Below, in pieces: positions 15,001-28,876 of a stretch of DNA of 64,000 nucleotides. The notes beneath the pieces were generated by a model. It saw only the letters and a program-made list of their open reading frames with translations. It made no database searches and had not been told where the DNA came from. Where the stretch lies: assembly GCF_009914755.1 (NCBI RefSeq), contig NC_060940.1; one strand, written 5' to 3'. This stretch comes from the human T2T-CHM13v2.0 reference genome, Homo sapiens. Position 1 is the first letter of the stretch; every line of letters starts with the position of its first letter. The position numbers were made by a program, and so were the translations under genes.

Positions 15001-17635
15001 TCTGTGAGATGAATGCACACTTCACTAGAAGTTTCTCAGAATGCTTCTGTCTTGTTTTTATGTGAAGATATTTCCTTTTCCACCATAGGCCCCAAAGCGC
15101 TTCACATATCCATTTTCAGATACTACAAAAGGACTGTTTCCAAACTGTTCAATCAAAAGAAAGGTTCATCTTTGTGAGTTGAATGCACACATCACAAAGA
15201 AGTTTCTCTGAGGGCTTCTATCTAGTTTTTATGTGAAGATAGTTCCTTTTCAGCTATGGGCCTCAAAGCGCTCCAGATATCCATTTGCAGACACTACAAA
15301 AAGACTGTTTCCAAGCTGCTCAATCAAAAGAAATGTTCAACTCTGTGAGTTGAATGCACACCTCACAAAGAAGTTTCTCAGAATACTTCTGTCTAGTTTT
15401 TATGTGATTATATTTCCTTTTCCGCCATAGGTCCGAAAGTGCTCCAAATATCCACTTGTAGTTTCTACAGAAAGAGTGTTTCTAAACTGCTCAGTCAAAA
15501 GAAAGGTTCAACTCTGTGAATTGAATGCACACATCACAACGAAGTTTCTCAGAATGTTTCTGTCTAGTTTTTATCTGAAGATATGTCCTTTTCCTGCATA
15601 GACCTCAAAGCATTCCAAATATGCACTCGCAGATTCTACAAAAAGAGTGTTTCAAAACTTCTCAATCAAAAGAAAGTTTCACCTCTGTGAAGTGAAAGCA
15701 CACATCACAAAGAAATTTATCAGAATATTTCTGTCTAGTTTTTATTTGAAGATATTTCTTTTTCCAATATAGGCCAGAAAGTGCTCCAAATATCTGCTTG
15801 TAGATTCTACAAAAATATTGTTTCCAAACTGCTCAATCAAAAGAAAAGTTCATCTCTGTGAGATGAATGCACATATCACAAAGAAGTTTCTCAGAATGCT
15901 TCTGTCTAGTTTTTATGTGAAGATATTTCCTTTTCCACCATAGGCCTCAAAGCGCTTCACATATCCATTTTCAGATACTACAAAAAGACTGTTTCCAAAC
16001 TGTTCAATCAAAAGAAAGGTTCATCTTTGTGAGTTGAATGCACACATCACAAAGAAGTTTCTCTGAGGGCTTCTATCTAGTTTTTATGTGAAGATATTTC
16101 CTTCTCCGCCTTAGGCCTCAAAGCTTTCCAAATATCTTCTTGCAGATTCTACAAAAAGAGTGTTTCCGAACTGCTCAATCAAAAGAAATGTTTAACTCTG
16201 TGATTTGAATGCACACATTATGAAGATGTTTCTAAGAATCCTTCGGTCTAGTTTTTATGTGACGATATTTCCTTTTGCACCATAGGCCTCAAAGCGCTCC
16301 AAATATCCACTTCAGATTCTACTCAAAGAGTGTTTCAAAACTGCTCAATCAAAAGAAAGGTTCAACTCTGTGAGATGAATGCACACATCAAGAAGACGTT
16401 TTTCAGACTGTTTCTGTCTAGTTTTTATGTGAAGATATTTCCTTCTCCACCACAGTCCTCAAAGTGCTCCAAATATCCATTTGCAAATACTACAAAAAGA
16501 CAGTTTCCAAACTGCGCAATCAAAAGAAAGGTCGAACTCTGTGAGTTGAATGCACACATCACAATGAAGTTTCTCAGAATGCTTCTGTCTAGTTTTTATG
16601 TGAAGATATTTCCTTTTCCACCACAGGCCTCAAAGTGCTCCAAATATCCACCTGCAGATTCTACAGAGAGCATGTTTCAAAGCTGCTCAATCAAAAGAAA
16701 TGTTCAACTCTGTGAGATGAATGTGCACATCAAAATGAAGTTTCACAGAATGCTTCTGTCTAATTTTTATTTGAAGATATTTCCTTTCCACCATGGGCCA
16801 AAAAGTGTTCCAAATATCCACATGCAGATTCTACAAAAAGAGTGTTTCAAAAATGCTCAATCAAAGAAGGATTCATCTCTGTGTGATCAATGCACACATC
16901 ACAAAGAAGTTTCTGAGAATGCTTCTGTCTAGTTCTTATGTGAAGACATTTCCTTTTCCACCATAGGCCTCAAAGCACTCCAAATATCCATTTGCAGATT
17001 CTACAAAAAGAGCTTTTCAAAACTGCTCAATCAAAAGAAATGTTCGACTCTGTGAGATGAATGCACACATCTCGAAGAAGTTTCGCAGAATGTTTCTGTC
17101 TAGTTTTTATGTGAAGATATTTCTTTTTCCGCCATAGTCCTCAAAGTGCTCCAAATATCCATTTGCAAATACTACAAAAAGACTGTTTCCAAACTGCGCA
17201 ATTAAAAGAAAGGTTCAACTCTGTGAGTTGAATGAATACAAGGCAAAGAAGTTTCTCAAAATACTTCTGTCTAGGTTTTATTTGAAGATATTTCCTTTTC
17301 CACCGTAGGCCAAAAAGCACTCCAAATATCCACATGTAGATTCTACAAAAAGGTTGTTTCAAAAATGCTCAACCAAAAGAAAGATTCATCTCTGTGAGAT
17401 CAATGCACACATCATAAAGAAGTTTCTCAGAATGCTTCCGTCTAGTTTTTATGTGAAGAGATTTCCTTTTCCACCAAATGCATCAAAGCACTCCAAATAT
17501 CCATTTGCAGATACTACAAAAAGACTGTTTGCAAACGGCTGAATCAACAGAAATGTCCAACTCTGTGAGTTGAATGCACACTTCACAAAGTAGTTTCTCA
17601 GAATGCCTCTTTCTAGTTTTTCTGTGAAGATATTT
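1..17635 (-). repeat. Monomeric alpha satellite (ALR), 171-bp A-type monomers, several sub-layers
   Basis: Tandem 171-bp units TTTATGTGAAGATATTTCCTTTTCCACCATAGGCCTCAAAGCGCTCCAAATATCCACTTGCAGATTCTACAAAAAGAGTGTTTCAAAACTGCTCAATCAAAAG; pJalpha-type box, no CENP-B box seen; neighbouring monomers are divergent, so no homogeneous HOR. Confidence 0.97.
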
Positions 17636-20600
17636 AGTCTTTTAGTGCAATCTGCAAAGGAATATTTCTGAGCCCTTTGAGGCCTGCGGTGAAATAGGAA
17701 ATATCTTCACATACAAACTTGACAGAAGCTTTTTGGGAAACTGCTTTGTGATGTTTACTTTCATGTCACTGAATTGAACCTTTCTTTTGATTGTGCAGTT
17801 TGGAAACAGTTTTTTTGTAGAATCTGCAAATGGATTTTTGGAGAACTTGAGGCCTATGTTGAAAAAGGAAATATCTTCACATAAAAACTACACGTAAGGT
17901 TTCTGAGAAACTTCTTTTTTATGTGTGCTTTCATCTCACAGCGTTGAAGCTTTCCTTTGATTGAGCAGTATGGAAACAGTCTTTTTGTAGTATCTGCTGA
18001 AGGATATTTGTGAATGGTTTGAAGCCTATGGTGTAAAAGGAAATATCTTCACATAAAATCTAGACAGAAACTTTCTGAGAAACTTCTTTATGATGTGTGC
18101 TTTCATGTCACAGAGTTGAACCTTTCTTTTCATTGAGGAGTTTGGAAACAGTCTTTTTGTAGAATCTGCAAAGGGATATTTGTGAGCAGTTTGAAGCATA
18201 TGGTGAAAAAGGAAATGTCTTCACATTAAAACTAGACAGAATCATTTTGAGAATCTTCTTTGTGATGTTTGCATTCATCTCACAGAGTTGAACCTTTCTT
18301 TTGATTCAGCAATTTTGAAACCATCTTTTTGTAGAATCTGCAGTGGGATATTTGCGAACTCTTTGAGGCTTGTGGTGAAATAGGAAATATCTTCACATAA
18401 AGACTAGACAGACACTTTCTGCAAAACTTCTTTGTGATGTGTGCATTCCTCCCACAGAGTGGAACCTTTCTTTTGATTGAGCAGTTTGGAAACAGTTTTT
18501 TTGTAGAATCTCCAAAATGATATTTGGAGTACCTTGATTCCTCTGAAAAATAAGGAAAATTTCACAAAAATACTAGATGGAAAATTTATGAGAAACTTCT
18601 TTGTGATGTGGGTTTCATCTCACAGAGTTGAATATTTCTTTGCATTGAGCAGTTTGCAAACAGTCTTTTTGCAGAATCTGCAAGAGGATATTTGGAACGC
18701 TTTGAGGCCCATGGTGAAAAAGGAAATATCTCAACATAAAAATTAGACAAAAGCTTTCTGAGTAACCTGTCTGTGAACCATGCATTCATTTAATAGAGTT
18801 GAGCCTTTCTTTTGATTGAGCAGCTTGGAAACAGTCTCTTTGTAGAATCTCTAAATAGATATTTGGAGCATTTTGAGGCCTAAGGTGAAAAGGGAAATAT
18901 CTTCACATAAAAACTAGACAGAATCCTTCTGAGAAACTTCTTTGTGGTGTGTGTTTTCATTTCACAGGGTAGAACATTTCTTTTGATTGATCAGTTTGGA
19001 CATACTTTCTTGTAGAATCTGCAAAGGGATACTTGGAGCAGGGTGACTCCTATGATGAAAGATGAAATATCTTCAAATATAAACCAGACAAAAACTTTCT
19101 GAGAAACTTCTTTTTGATGTGTGCATTCGTCTCACAGAGTTGACACTTTCTTTTGATTAAGCAGTTTGGAAACAGTCTTTTTGTAGAATCTGCAAAGGGA
19201 TATTTGTGAGCTGTTTGAGGCCTATGGTGAAAAAGGAAATATCTTCCCATAAAGACTAGACAGATGTATTCTGAGAAAATTCTTTGTGATATGTGCATTC
19301 ATCTCACAGAGTTAAATTTTCTTTTGATTAAGCAGCTTGGAAACAGTCTTTTTGTAGAATCTGCAAATGGATATTTGTGAGACCACTTTGGCCTATGTTG
19401 AAAAAGGAAATATCTTCACATTTACACTAGACAGAAGCTTTCTGAGAAACTTCTTTGTGTTGGGTGCTTTCATCCGACAGGTTTGAACCATTCTTCTGAT
19501 TGGTCAGTTTTGAAACAGTCTTTTTGTAGTATCTGCAAATGGATATTTGGAGCGCTTTGAGGCCTAAGGTGAAAAAGGCATATCTTCAGGTAAAACTGGA
19601 TAGAAGCTTTCTGAGAAACTTCATTGTCATGTGTGCATTCATCTCACAGAATTGAACTTTTCTTTTGATTCAGCAGTTTGGAAACTGTCATTTTCTTGAA
19701 TCTGCAAAGGGATATTTTTGAGCTGTTTGAGGCCTAAGGTGAAAAAGGAAATATCTTCACATAAAAACTAGACAGAAGCTTTCTGAGAAACTTCTTTGTG
19801 ATGTGTGCATTCGTCTCACAAAGTTGAACCTTTCTTTTGATTGAGTAGTTTGGAAACAGTCTTTTTGTAGAATCTGCTAAGGGATATTTGTGAGCGGTTT
19901 GTGGCCTATGATGAAAAAGGAATTATCTCCACACAAAAACTAGAAAGGATTATGAGAAACATTTTGTGATGTGTGCATTCATCTGACAGAGTTGAACTTT
20001 TCTTTTGATTGAGGAGTTTGCAAACAGTCTTTTTGTAGAATCTGCAAAGGGATATTTGTGAGCCTTTGAGGCCTATGTTGAAAAAACAAATATCTCCACG
20101 TTAAAACTAGACAGAAGCTTTCTCAGAAACTTCTCTGTGATGTGTGCTTTCATCTCACAGAGTTGAAAGTTTCTCTCAGTAGAGCAGTTTGGAAATAGTC
20201 TTTTCATAGAATCTGCAAAGGGATATTTGTGAGTGTTTGTGGCTTATGGTGAAAAAGGAAATCTCTTCACTTAAAAACTAGAAAGAAGCTTTCTGAGAAA
20301 ATTATTTGTGATTTGTGCAATCATCTCACAGATTTGAACCTTTCTTTTGATTGAGGCTATTGGAAACAGTCTTTTGTAGAATCTGCAAAGGAATATTTGG
20401 AGCACGTTGAGGCCTAAGGTGACAAAAGAAATATCTTCACATAAAAACCAGACAGAAGCTTTTTGAGATACTTCTTTAAGATGTGTGTATTCATCTCACA
20501 GAGTTGAAATTTTCTTTTCATTCAGCAGTTTGGAAATAGTCTTTTTGTAGAATCTTCCAAAGGATATTTCGATCAATTTAAGGCCTTTGGTGAAAAAGGG

Positions 20601-23600
20601 AATATCTTCACATAAAAAATAGACAGAAGTTTTCTGACAAACTTCTTTGTGATCTGTGCATTCATCTCACAGATTTGAACCGTTCTTTTCATTGAGGAGT
20701 TTGGAAACCATCTTTTTGTACAGTCTGCAAAGGAATATCTATGAGCCCTTGAAGCCTATGATGATAAAGTAAATATCTTTGCATAAAAACTAGACAGATG
20801 CTTTCTGAGAAACTACTTTGTGTTGTGTGCTTTCATCTCACAAATTTGAACTTTTCTTTTGATTGAGCAGTTTGGAAACAGTCTTTTGTAGAATCCACAA
20901 AGGGATATTTGGAGTGCATTGAGGCCTGTGGTGAAAAAAGAAATATCTTCACATAAGAACTAGACAGAAGATTTCTCAGAAACTTCCTTGTGATGTGTGC
21001 ATTAAACTCAAAGAGTTAAACCTTTCTTTCATTGAGTAATTTGGAAACCGTCTTTTTGTAGAATCTGCAAAGGGATATTTGTGAGCCATTTGAGACCTAT
21101 GGTGAAAAAGGAAATATCTTCACATAAAAAGTAGATGGAAGCTTTCTGAGAAATGTATTTGTGATGTATGTATTCACCTCACATAATTTAACCATTCTTT
21201 TGATGGATCAGTTTGGAAACAGTCTTTTTGTAAAATCTGCAAAGAGATATTTGCAGCACTTTGATGCCTATGGTGAAAAAGGAAATACCTTCATATAAAA
21301 ACTAGACAGAAGCTTTCTGAGAAACTTCTTTGTGATGTGTGCATTGACTTCACATATTTGAACATTTCTTTTGATTGAGAAGTTTGAAAACAGTCTTTTT
21401 GTAGTATCTGCCAGGGGATATTTGTGAGCGGTTCGATGCCTATGGTGAAAAAGGAAACATCTTCATATAAAAGCTAGACAGAAGCTTTTTGAGAAACTTC
21501 TTTGTGATGTGTGCCTTCATCTCACAGAGTTGAACCTTTCTTTTGATTTAGCAGTTTGCAAACAGTCTTTTTGTAGAATCTGCCAAGGAATATTTGGAGC
21601 ACTTTTTCCCTGTGTTGTAAAAGGAAATATCTTTGTAAAAAAACTAGACAGAATCTTTCTGAGAAACTTCTTTGTGATTTGTGCATTCATCTCACAGAGT
21701 TGAAACTTTCTTTTGATTGAGCAGTTTGTAAACAGTCTTTTTGTAGAATCTGCAAAGGGAGATTTGTGAGCGGTTTGACGCCTATTGTGGAAAAGGAAAT
21801 ATCTTCACATAAAAACTAGACAGAAGCTTTCTGAGAAACTTCTTTGTGATGTCTGCATTCACCTCACAGAGTTGAAACTTTCTTTTGATTGACCAGTTTG
21901 GAATCATTCTTTTTTTTAGAATCTGCAAAGGGATATTTGTGACTGCTTTGAGGCCTATTGTGAAAAAGGAAATATCTTCACATAAAAACTAGACCGAAGC
22001 TTTCTGAGAAACTTCTTTGTGATGTGTGCACACATCTCAAAGATTTGAAGCTTTCTTTTCATTGAGCAGTTTGGAAACAGTCTTGTTTAGAATCTGCAAA
22101 GGGATATTTCTAGGCGGTTTGAGGCCTATTGTGAAAGAGGAAATATCTTCACATAAAAACAAGATAGAAGCTTCCTGAGAAACTTCTTTGTGATGTGTAC
22201 TTTGATCTCACAGAGTTGAAACTTTTTTTGACTGAGTAATTTGGAAACACTCTTTTTGTACAATCTGCAAAGGGATTTTTCTAGGTGGTTTGAGGGCTAT
22301 GGTGAAAAAGGAAATATCTTCCCATAAAAACTAGATAGAAGCTTTCTGAGAGACTTCTTTGTGATGTGTGCATTCATCTCACATAGTTGAAGTTTTATTT
22401 TTAATGACCAGTTTGGAAACATTTTTTTGTAGATTCTTCAAAGGGATATTTTTGAGCCCTTTGATGCCTATGGTGAAAAATGAAATATCTTCACATAAGA
22501 ACTAGACAGAAGCATTCTAAGAAACTTCTTGTGATGTGTGAATTCATCTCACAGGTTGAAAATTTCTATTGACTGAGTAGTCTTGAATCAGTCTTTTTGT
22601 AGAATCTCCAAAGGGATACTTGTGAGCGGTTTGAGGACTATTGTGAAAAAGGAAATATAATCACATAAAAACCAGACAGAAGCTTTCTGACAAACTTCTT
22701 TGTGATGTGAGAATTCATCTCAAAGAATTGAAACTTTCTTTTGGTAGATCAGTTTTGAAACTGTCTTTTTGAGTTATCTGTTACGGGATATTTTTGATGC
22801 CTTTGAGGCCTATGGTGAAAAAGGAAATATCTTCACAATAAAACTAGACAGAAGCTTTCTGGGAAACTTCTTTGTGATGTGTGCATTAATCTCACAGAGG
22901 TGAAACTTTCTTTTGATTGAGCAGTTTGGAAAGAGTCTTTTTGTAGAATCTGCAAAGGAATGTTTGTAGGCTGTATGAGGCCTATGATGGAACAGGAAAT
23001 ATCTTCACATAAAGACAAGACAGAAGCTTTCAGAGAAACTTGTTTGGGATGTGTGCTTTCATCTCACAGAGTTGAACCTTTCTTTTCATTGAGTAGTTTG
23101 GAAAGGGTCTTTTTGGAGAATCTGTAAAGGGATATTTGGAGCACTTTGAGGCCTATGGTGAAAAAGGAAATGTCTTCACATAAAACATAGATGGAAGCTT
23201 TCTGAGAGACTACTTTGTGGTGTGTGCATTCACCTCACAGAGGTGAACCTTTCTTTTCCTTGAGCAGTTTGGAAATGTCATTTTCTGGAATCTGCAAAGG
23301 GATATTTGGAGTGCTTTGAGGCCTATGGAGAATAAAGAAAATATTCACATAAAAACTAGACAGAAGCTTTCTGAGAAACTTCTTTGTGATGGGTGCATTC
23401 ATCTTACCAGCTCACACCTTTCTTTTCATTAAGCAGTCTGGAAAAAGTCTTTTTGTAGAATCTCCAAATGTATACTTAGAGTGCTTTGAGGCCTATGGTG
23501 AAAAAGGAAATACCTTCACATAAAAACTAGTCAGAAGCTTTTTGAGAAACTTCTTTGTAATGTGTGCATTCATCTCACAGAGTTGAACATTTCTTTTGTT

Positions 23601-26600
23601 TGAGCAGTTTGGAAACAGTCTTATTGAAGAATTTGCCAAGGGATATTTGGATCACTTTTAGGTGTATGGTGAAAAAAGGAATATCTTCACATAAAAAGTA
23701 AACAGACGCTTTCTGAGAAACTTCTTTGTGATGTGTGCATTCACCTCACAGTGTTGAAGCTTTCTTTTGATTGAGCAGTTTGGAAACAGTCTTTTTGTAG
23801 AATCTGCAAGGAGATGTATTGAGCAATTTGAGGCCTATGGTGAAAAAATAAATATCATCACATAAAAACTAGATAGAATATTTCTGAGAAACTTCTCTGT
23901 GAGGTGTCCACTCATCTCACAGAGTTGAACATTTCTTTATCAAGCAGTTTGGAAGCAGTCTTTTTGTAGAGTCTGCAAAGGGATATTTGTGAGTGTTGTG
24001 AAGCCCATCGTAAAAAAGGAAATATCTTCACATAAAAACCAGAGAGAAGCATTTTGAGAAACGTCTTAGTGATGTGTGCATTCATCTCACAGAGTTGAAC
24101 CTTTCTTTTCATTGAGGAGTTTGGAAGCAGTCTTTTTGTAGAATCTTTAAAGGGATATTTGGAGTGCTTTGAGGCCTACTGTGAAAAAGGAAATGTCTTC
24201 GTATAGAAACCATATATAAGCTTTCCGAGAAACTTCTTTGTGATGTGTGCTTTCATCTCATGTAGTTGAACCTTTCTTTTCATTGAGCAGTTTGGAAACA
24301 GTCTTTTTGTAGAATCTGCAAAGGGATATTTGTGAGTGGTTTGAGGCCTATGGTGAAACAGGAAATATCTTCACATAAAAACTAGGGAGAATCTTGCTGA
24401 GAAAATTCTTTGTGATATGTGTTTCCATCTCACAGATTTGAATATTTCCTTTCATTGATCAGTGTGGAAACAGTCTTTTTGTAGAATCTGCAAAGAGATA
24501 TTTGTGACCCCTTTGAGACCGATGATAAAAAAGGAAATATCATCACATGAAACCTAGACAGAAGCTTTCCGGGAAATGTCTTTCAGATGTGTGCATTCAT
24601 CTCACCGAGTTGAACATTTCTTTTCATTGAGTGGTTTGGAAACAGTCTTTTTGTAGAATCTGCAAAGGGATATTTGGAGTGCTTTGAGGCCTATGGCGAA
24701 TAAGGACAATCTTCACATAAGAACTAGACAGAAGCTTTCTGGGAAACTCCCTTGTGATGGATGTTTTCATCTCACAGATTTGAAACTTTGTTTTGATTGA
24801 GCAGTTTGGAAATAGTGTTTGTGTAGAATCTCCCAATGGACATTTGGAGCTCTTTGAGTCCCATGGTGAAAAAGAAAATATCTCGGAAAAAAAAAAAAAA
24901 AAAAACTAGACAGAAGCATTCTGCAGAACTTCTTTCTGATGTGTGCATTTATCTCCTAGAGTTGACACTTTCTTTAAATTGAGAAGTTTAGAAAGAGTCT
25001 TTTCGTAGATTCTGCAAAGGGATATTTGGAGTGCCGTGGGGCCTGTGATGAATAAGGAAATACCTTCACATAAAAAGTACACACAAGGTTTCTGATAATC
25101 TTATTTGGGATATGTACACTCATCTCATGGAGGTGGAACTTTCTTTAGATTGGTCAGTTTGGAAACAGTCTTTTTGTAGAATATGCAAAGGGATATTTGT
25201 GAGCTCTTTGATGCCTATGGTGGAAAAGGAAATATCCTCACATAAAAACTAGACAGAAGCTTTCTGAGAAACTTCTTTGTGATGTGTGCTGTCATCTCAC
25301 AGACTTGAACATTTCCTTTTATTGATCAGTTTGGAAACAGCCTTTTTGAGGATCTGCAAAGTGATATTTTGAGCAATTTTTGGCCTATGGTGTTAAAGGA
25401 AATATCTTCAAATAAACACTAGAAAGAAGCTTTCTGAGAAATTTCTTTGTGATGTGTGCATTCATCTCAAAGAGTTGAAAATTTCCTTTCTTAAGCAGTT
25501 TGGAAATAGTCTTTTTGTAGAATCTGCCAAGGGATATTTTGAGTACTTTGAGGCCTATGGTGAAAAAGGAAATATCTTCACGTAAAAACTAAACAAAAGA
25601 TTTCTGAGAAACTTCTTTGTGATGTGTGCATTGATCTCACAGAGTTGAACCTTTCTTTGATTGAGCAGTTTGGAAACAGTTTTTGTAGAATCTTCAAAGG
25701 GATATTTGTGACCCCGTTGAGACCTATCATGTAATAGGAAATAGTTTCACATAAAAACTAGAAAGAAGCATTCTGAGAATCTTCTTTGTGATGTGTGCTT
25801 TCATTTCACAGAGTTGAACCTTTCTTTCGAGTGAGCAGTTTTGAAACAGTCTTTTTGTAGGATCTGCAAATGGATATTTGGAGTGCTTTGAGGTCTATGG
25901 TGAAAATGGAAATATCTTCACATAAAAACTAAACAGAAGATTTCTGAGAAACTTCTTTGTGATGTGTGCATTCATCTCACAGAGTTGAACCTTTCTTTGA
26001 TTGAGCAGGATGGAAACAGTTTTTTGTAGAATCTTCAAAGGGATATTAGTGACCCCGTTGAGGCCTATGATGTAATAGGAAATATCTTCACATAAAAACT
26101 GGAAAGAAGCATTCTGAGAATCTTCTTTGTGATGTGTGCTTTAATTTCACAGATTTGAACCTTTCTTTTGAGTGAGCAGTTTGGAAACAGTCTTTTTGTA
26201 GAATCTGCAAATGGATATTTGGAGTGCTTTGAGGCCTATGGTGAAAATGGAAATATCTTTACATGAAAACTAGACAGAATCTTCTGAGGAACTTATTTGT
26301 GATATGTGCATTCATCTCAGAGATTTGAACCTTTCTTTTCATTGAGCAGTTTTTAAACAGTGTTTTTATAGATTCTCCAAAGGGATGTTTGGAGGGCTTT
26401 GGGGCCTGTGGTGAATAGGGAAATATTTTCACATAAAAAGTAGACAGAAGCTTTCTGAGAAACTACTTTATGATATGTGCATTCATCTGACAGAGTTGAA
26501 GCTTTCTTTTGATTGAGTAGTGTGGAGACAGTCTTTTTGTAGTATCTGCAAATGGATATTTGGGGAGCTTTGAGGCCTATGGTGAAAAAGGAAATATCTT

Positions 26601-28876
26601 CACATAAAAACTAGCCAGAAGCTTTCTGAGAAACTTCTTTGTGATGTGTGCCTTCATCTCACAGAGTTTAGCCTTTCTTTTGATTGAGCCATTTTGAAAC
26701 CATCTTTTTGTAGAATCTGCCAAGGAATACTTGGAGCACTTTGAGGCCTATGGTGAACAATAAATATCTTGAAATAAAAACTAGACAGAAGCATTCTGTG
26801 AAACTCCTTTGTGATGTGTGCTTTTGTCTCAGAGAGTTGAACCTTTCTATTGATAGAGCAGTTTGGAAACAGTCTTTTTGTAGCACCTGGAAAGGGATAT
26901 TTGGGATATTTTGAGGCCTATGGTGAAATAGGAAATATCTACACATAAAAACTAGACAGTTTTTCAGAAATTTCTTTGCGATGTTTGCATTCAACTCATA
27001 GAGTTGAAACTTACTTTTCATTGAGCAGTTTGGAAACAGGCTTTTTGTTACAATCTGCAAAGGGTGTTTCTGAGCCATTTGAGGGCAGTGGTGAAAAAGA
27101 AATATCTTCACATAAAAGCTAGACAAAAGCTTTCTGAGAAACTTCTTTGTGATGTGTGCATTCACCTCACATAGTTGCATCTTTCCTTTCATTGAGCAGT
27201 TGGTAAACAGTCTTTTTGTAGAATCTGCAGAGGTATATTTGGGAGCCCTTTCAGGCCCATGGTGTATTAGGAAATATCTTGACATAAAAACACACAGAAG
27301 TTTTCTGAGAAACTTCTTTGTGATGTGTGCTTTCATCTCCCAGGGTTGAGCCTTTCTTTTGATTGAGAAGTTTGGAAACAGTCATTTGCAGAATCTGCAA
27401 ATAGATATTTGGAGTGCTTTGAGGCCTATGGTGAAAAAGAAAATATCTTCATATAAAAACTAGACAGAAGCTTTGTGAGAAAGTTCTTCATGATGTGTGC
27501 ATTCATCTCACAGAGTTGAACATTTCTTTTGATTGAGTAGTTTGGAAACAGTCTTTTTGTAGAATGTGCAGAGGGATATCTTTGAGCGGTTTGAGGCCTA
27601 TGATAAAGGAAACATCTTCACATAAAAACTAGACAGAATCTTCTTGAGAAACTTTTTGTGATATTTTCATTAATCTCACAGTGTTGAACCTTTCTTTTCA
27701 TTCAGCCATTTGGAAACAGTCTTTTTGTAGAATCTGCAGAGGGATAATTTTCAGCCCATTGAGGCATATGGTGAAATACGAAATATCTTCACATAAAAAA
27801 TAGACAGAAACTTTCTGAGAAACTTCCTTGTTATATGTGCTTTCATCTCATAGAGACAAAGCTTTCTTTTGATTGACAGTTTGGAAACAGTGCATTTGAA
27901 AAATTTTCAAATGGATAATTGTAGCGTTTTGAGGAATATGCTGAAAAAAGAAATATCTTCACATAAAAACTAGACAGAAGCTTCCTGAAAAACTTCTTCT
28001 TGATGTGTGGATTCATCTCACATAGTTGAACCTTTCTTTTGATTGAGCAGTTTGGAAAAGTTCTTTTTGGAGAAGCTGTAAAGATATATTTGTGAACGAG
28101 TTGAGACCTATGGGGAAATGGAAATATCTTCACATAAAAACTAGGCAGAAGCTTTCTGAGAAACTTCTTTGTGATGCGTGACTTCATCTCACAGAGTTGA
28201 AAATTTCTTTTGATTGAGCAGTTTTGAAACACTCTTTTTGTAGAATCTGCCAAGGGATATTTGGAGCACTATGAGGTGTATGGTGAAAAATATATATCTT
28301 CAAATAAAAACTAGATAGAAGCATTCTGAGAAACTTCTTTTTGATGTCTGCTTTCATCTCATAGAGTTGAACATTTCTTTTTGATAGAGCAATTTGGAAA
28401 CATTGCATTCTGAGTAAATTCTTTGTTATGTGTGCTTTCATCTCACAGAGTTGAAATTTTCTTTTGATTGAGCAGTTTGGAAACAGTCTTTTTGTAGAAT
28501 GTTCAAAGGGATAATTGTGAGTCCCTTGAAGCCTATAGTGTAATAAGAAATATCTTGACATCAAAACTGGGCAGATGGTTTCTGAGAAACTACTTTGTGA
28601 TGTGTCCTTTCGTCTCACATAGTTGAACCTTTCTTTTGATTGAGGAGTATGGAAGCAGTCTTTTTGTACAATCTTCAAAGGGATTTTTTGTGCAGTATGA
28701 GGCCTATGGTTAGAAAGTTATATCTTCACATCTAACGAGACAGAACCATTCTGAGAAACTTCTTTGTGACATGTGCATTCATCTCACGGAGTTGAAACTT
28801 TATTTTCATTGAGTAGTTTGTAAAAAGTCTTTTTGTAGAAACCGCAAATTGATATTTGGAGTGCCTTGAGTCCTAT
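17636..28876 (+). repeat. Monomeric alpha satellite, inverted block (~11.2 kb)
   Basis: Orientation flips at ...GAAGATATTT|AGTCTTTTAG (17635/6) and ...GAGTCCTAT|ATCCAAACTG (28876/7); units AAACTAGACAGAAGCTTTCTGAGAAACTTCTTTGTGATG, spacing ~172 bp. Confidence 0.96.

Noticed and set aside
24887-24905. A19 run as a retro-insertion tail
   Set aside because: Expansion of the monomer's own AAAAA(CTAG) run; no element body or TSD.
28395-28415. Truncated monomer (also ~1500 and ~54970)
   Set aside because: Ordinary internal deletions with no orientation or class change.
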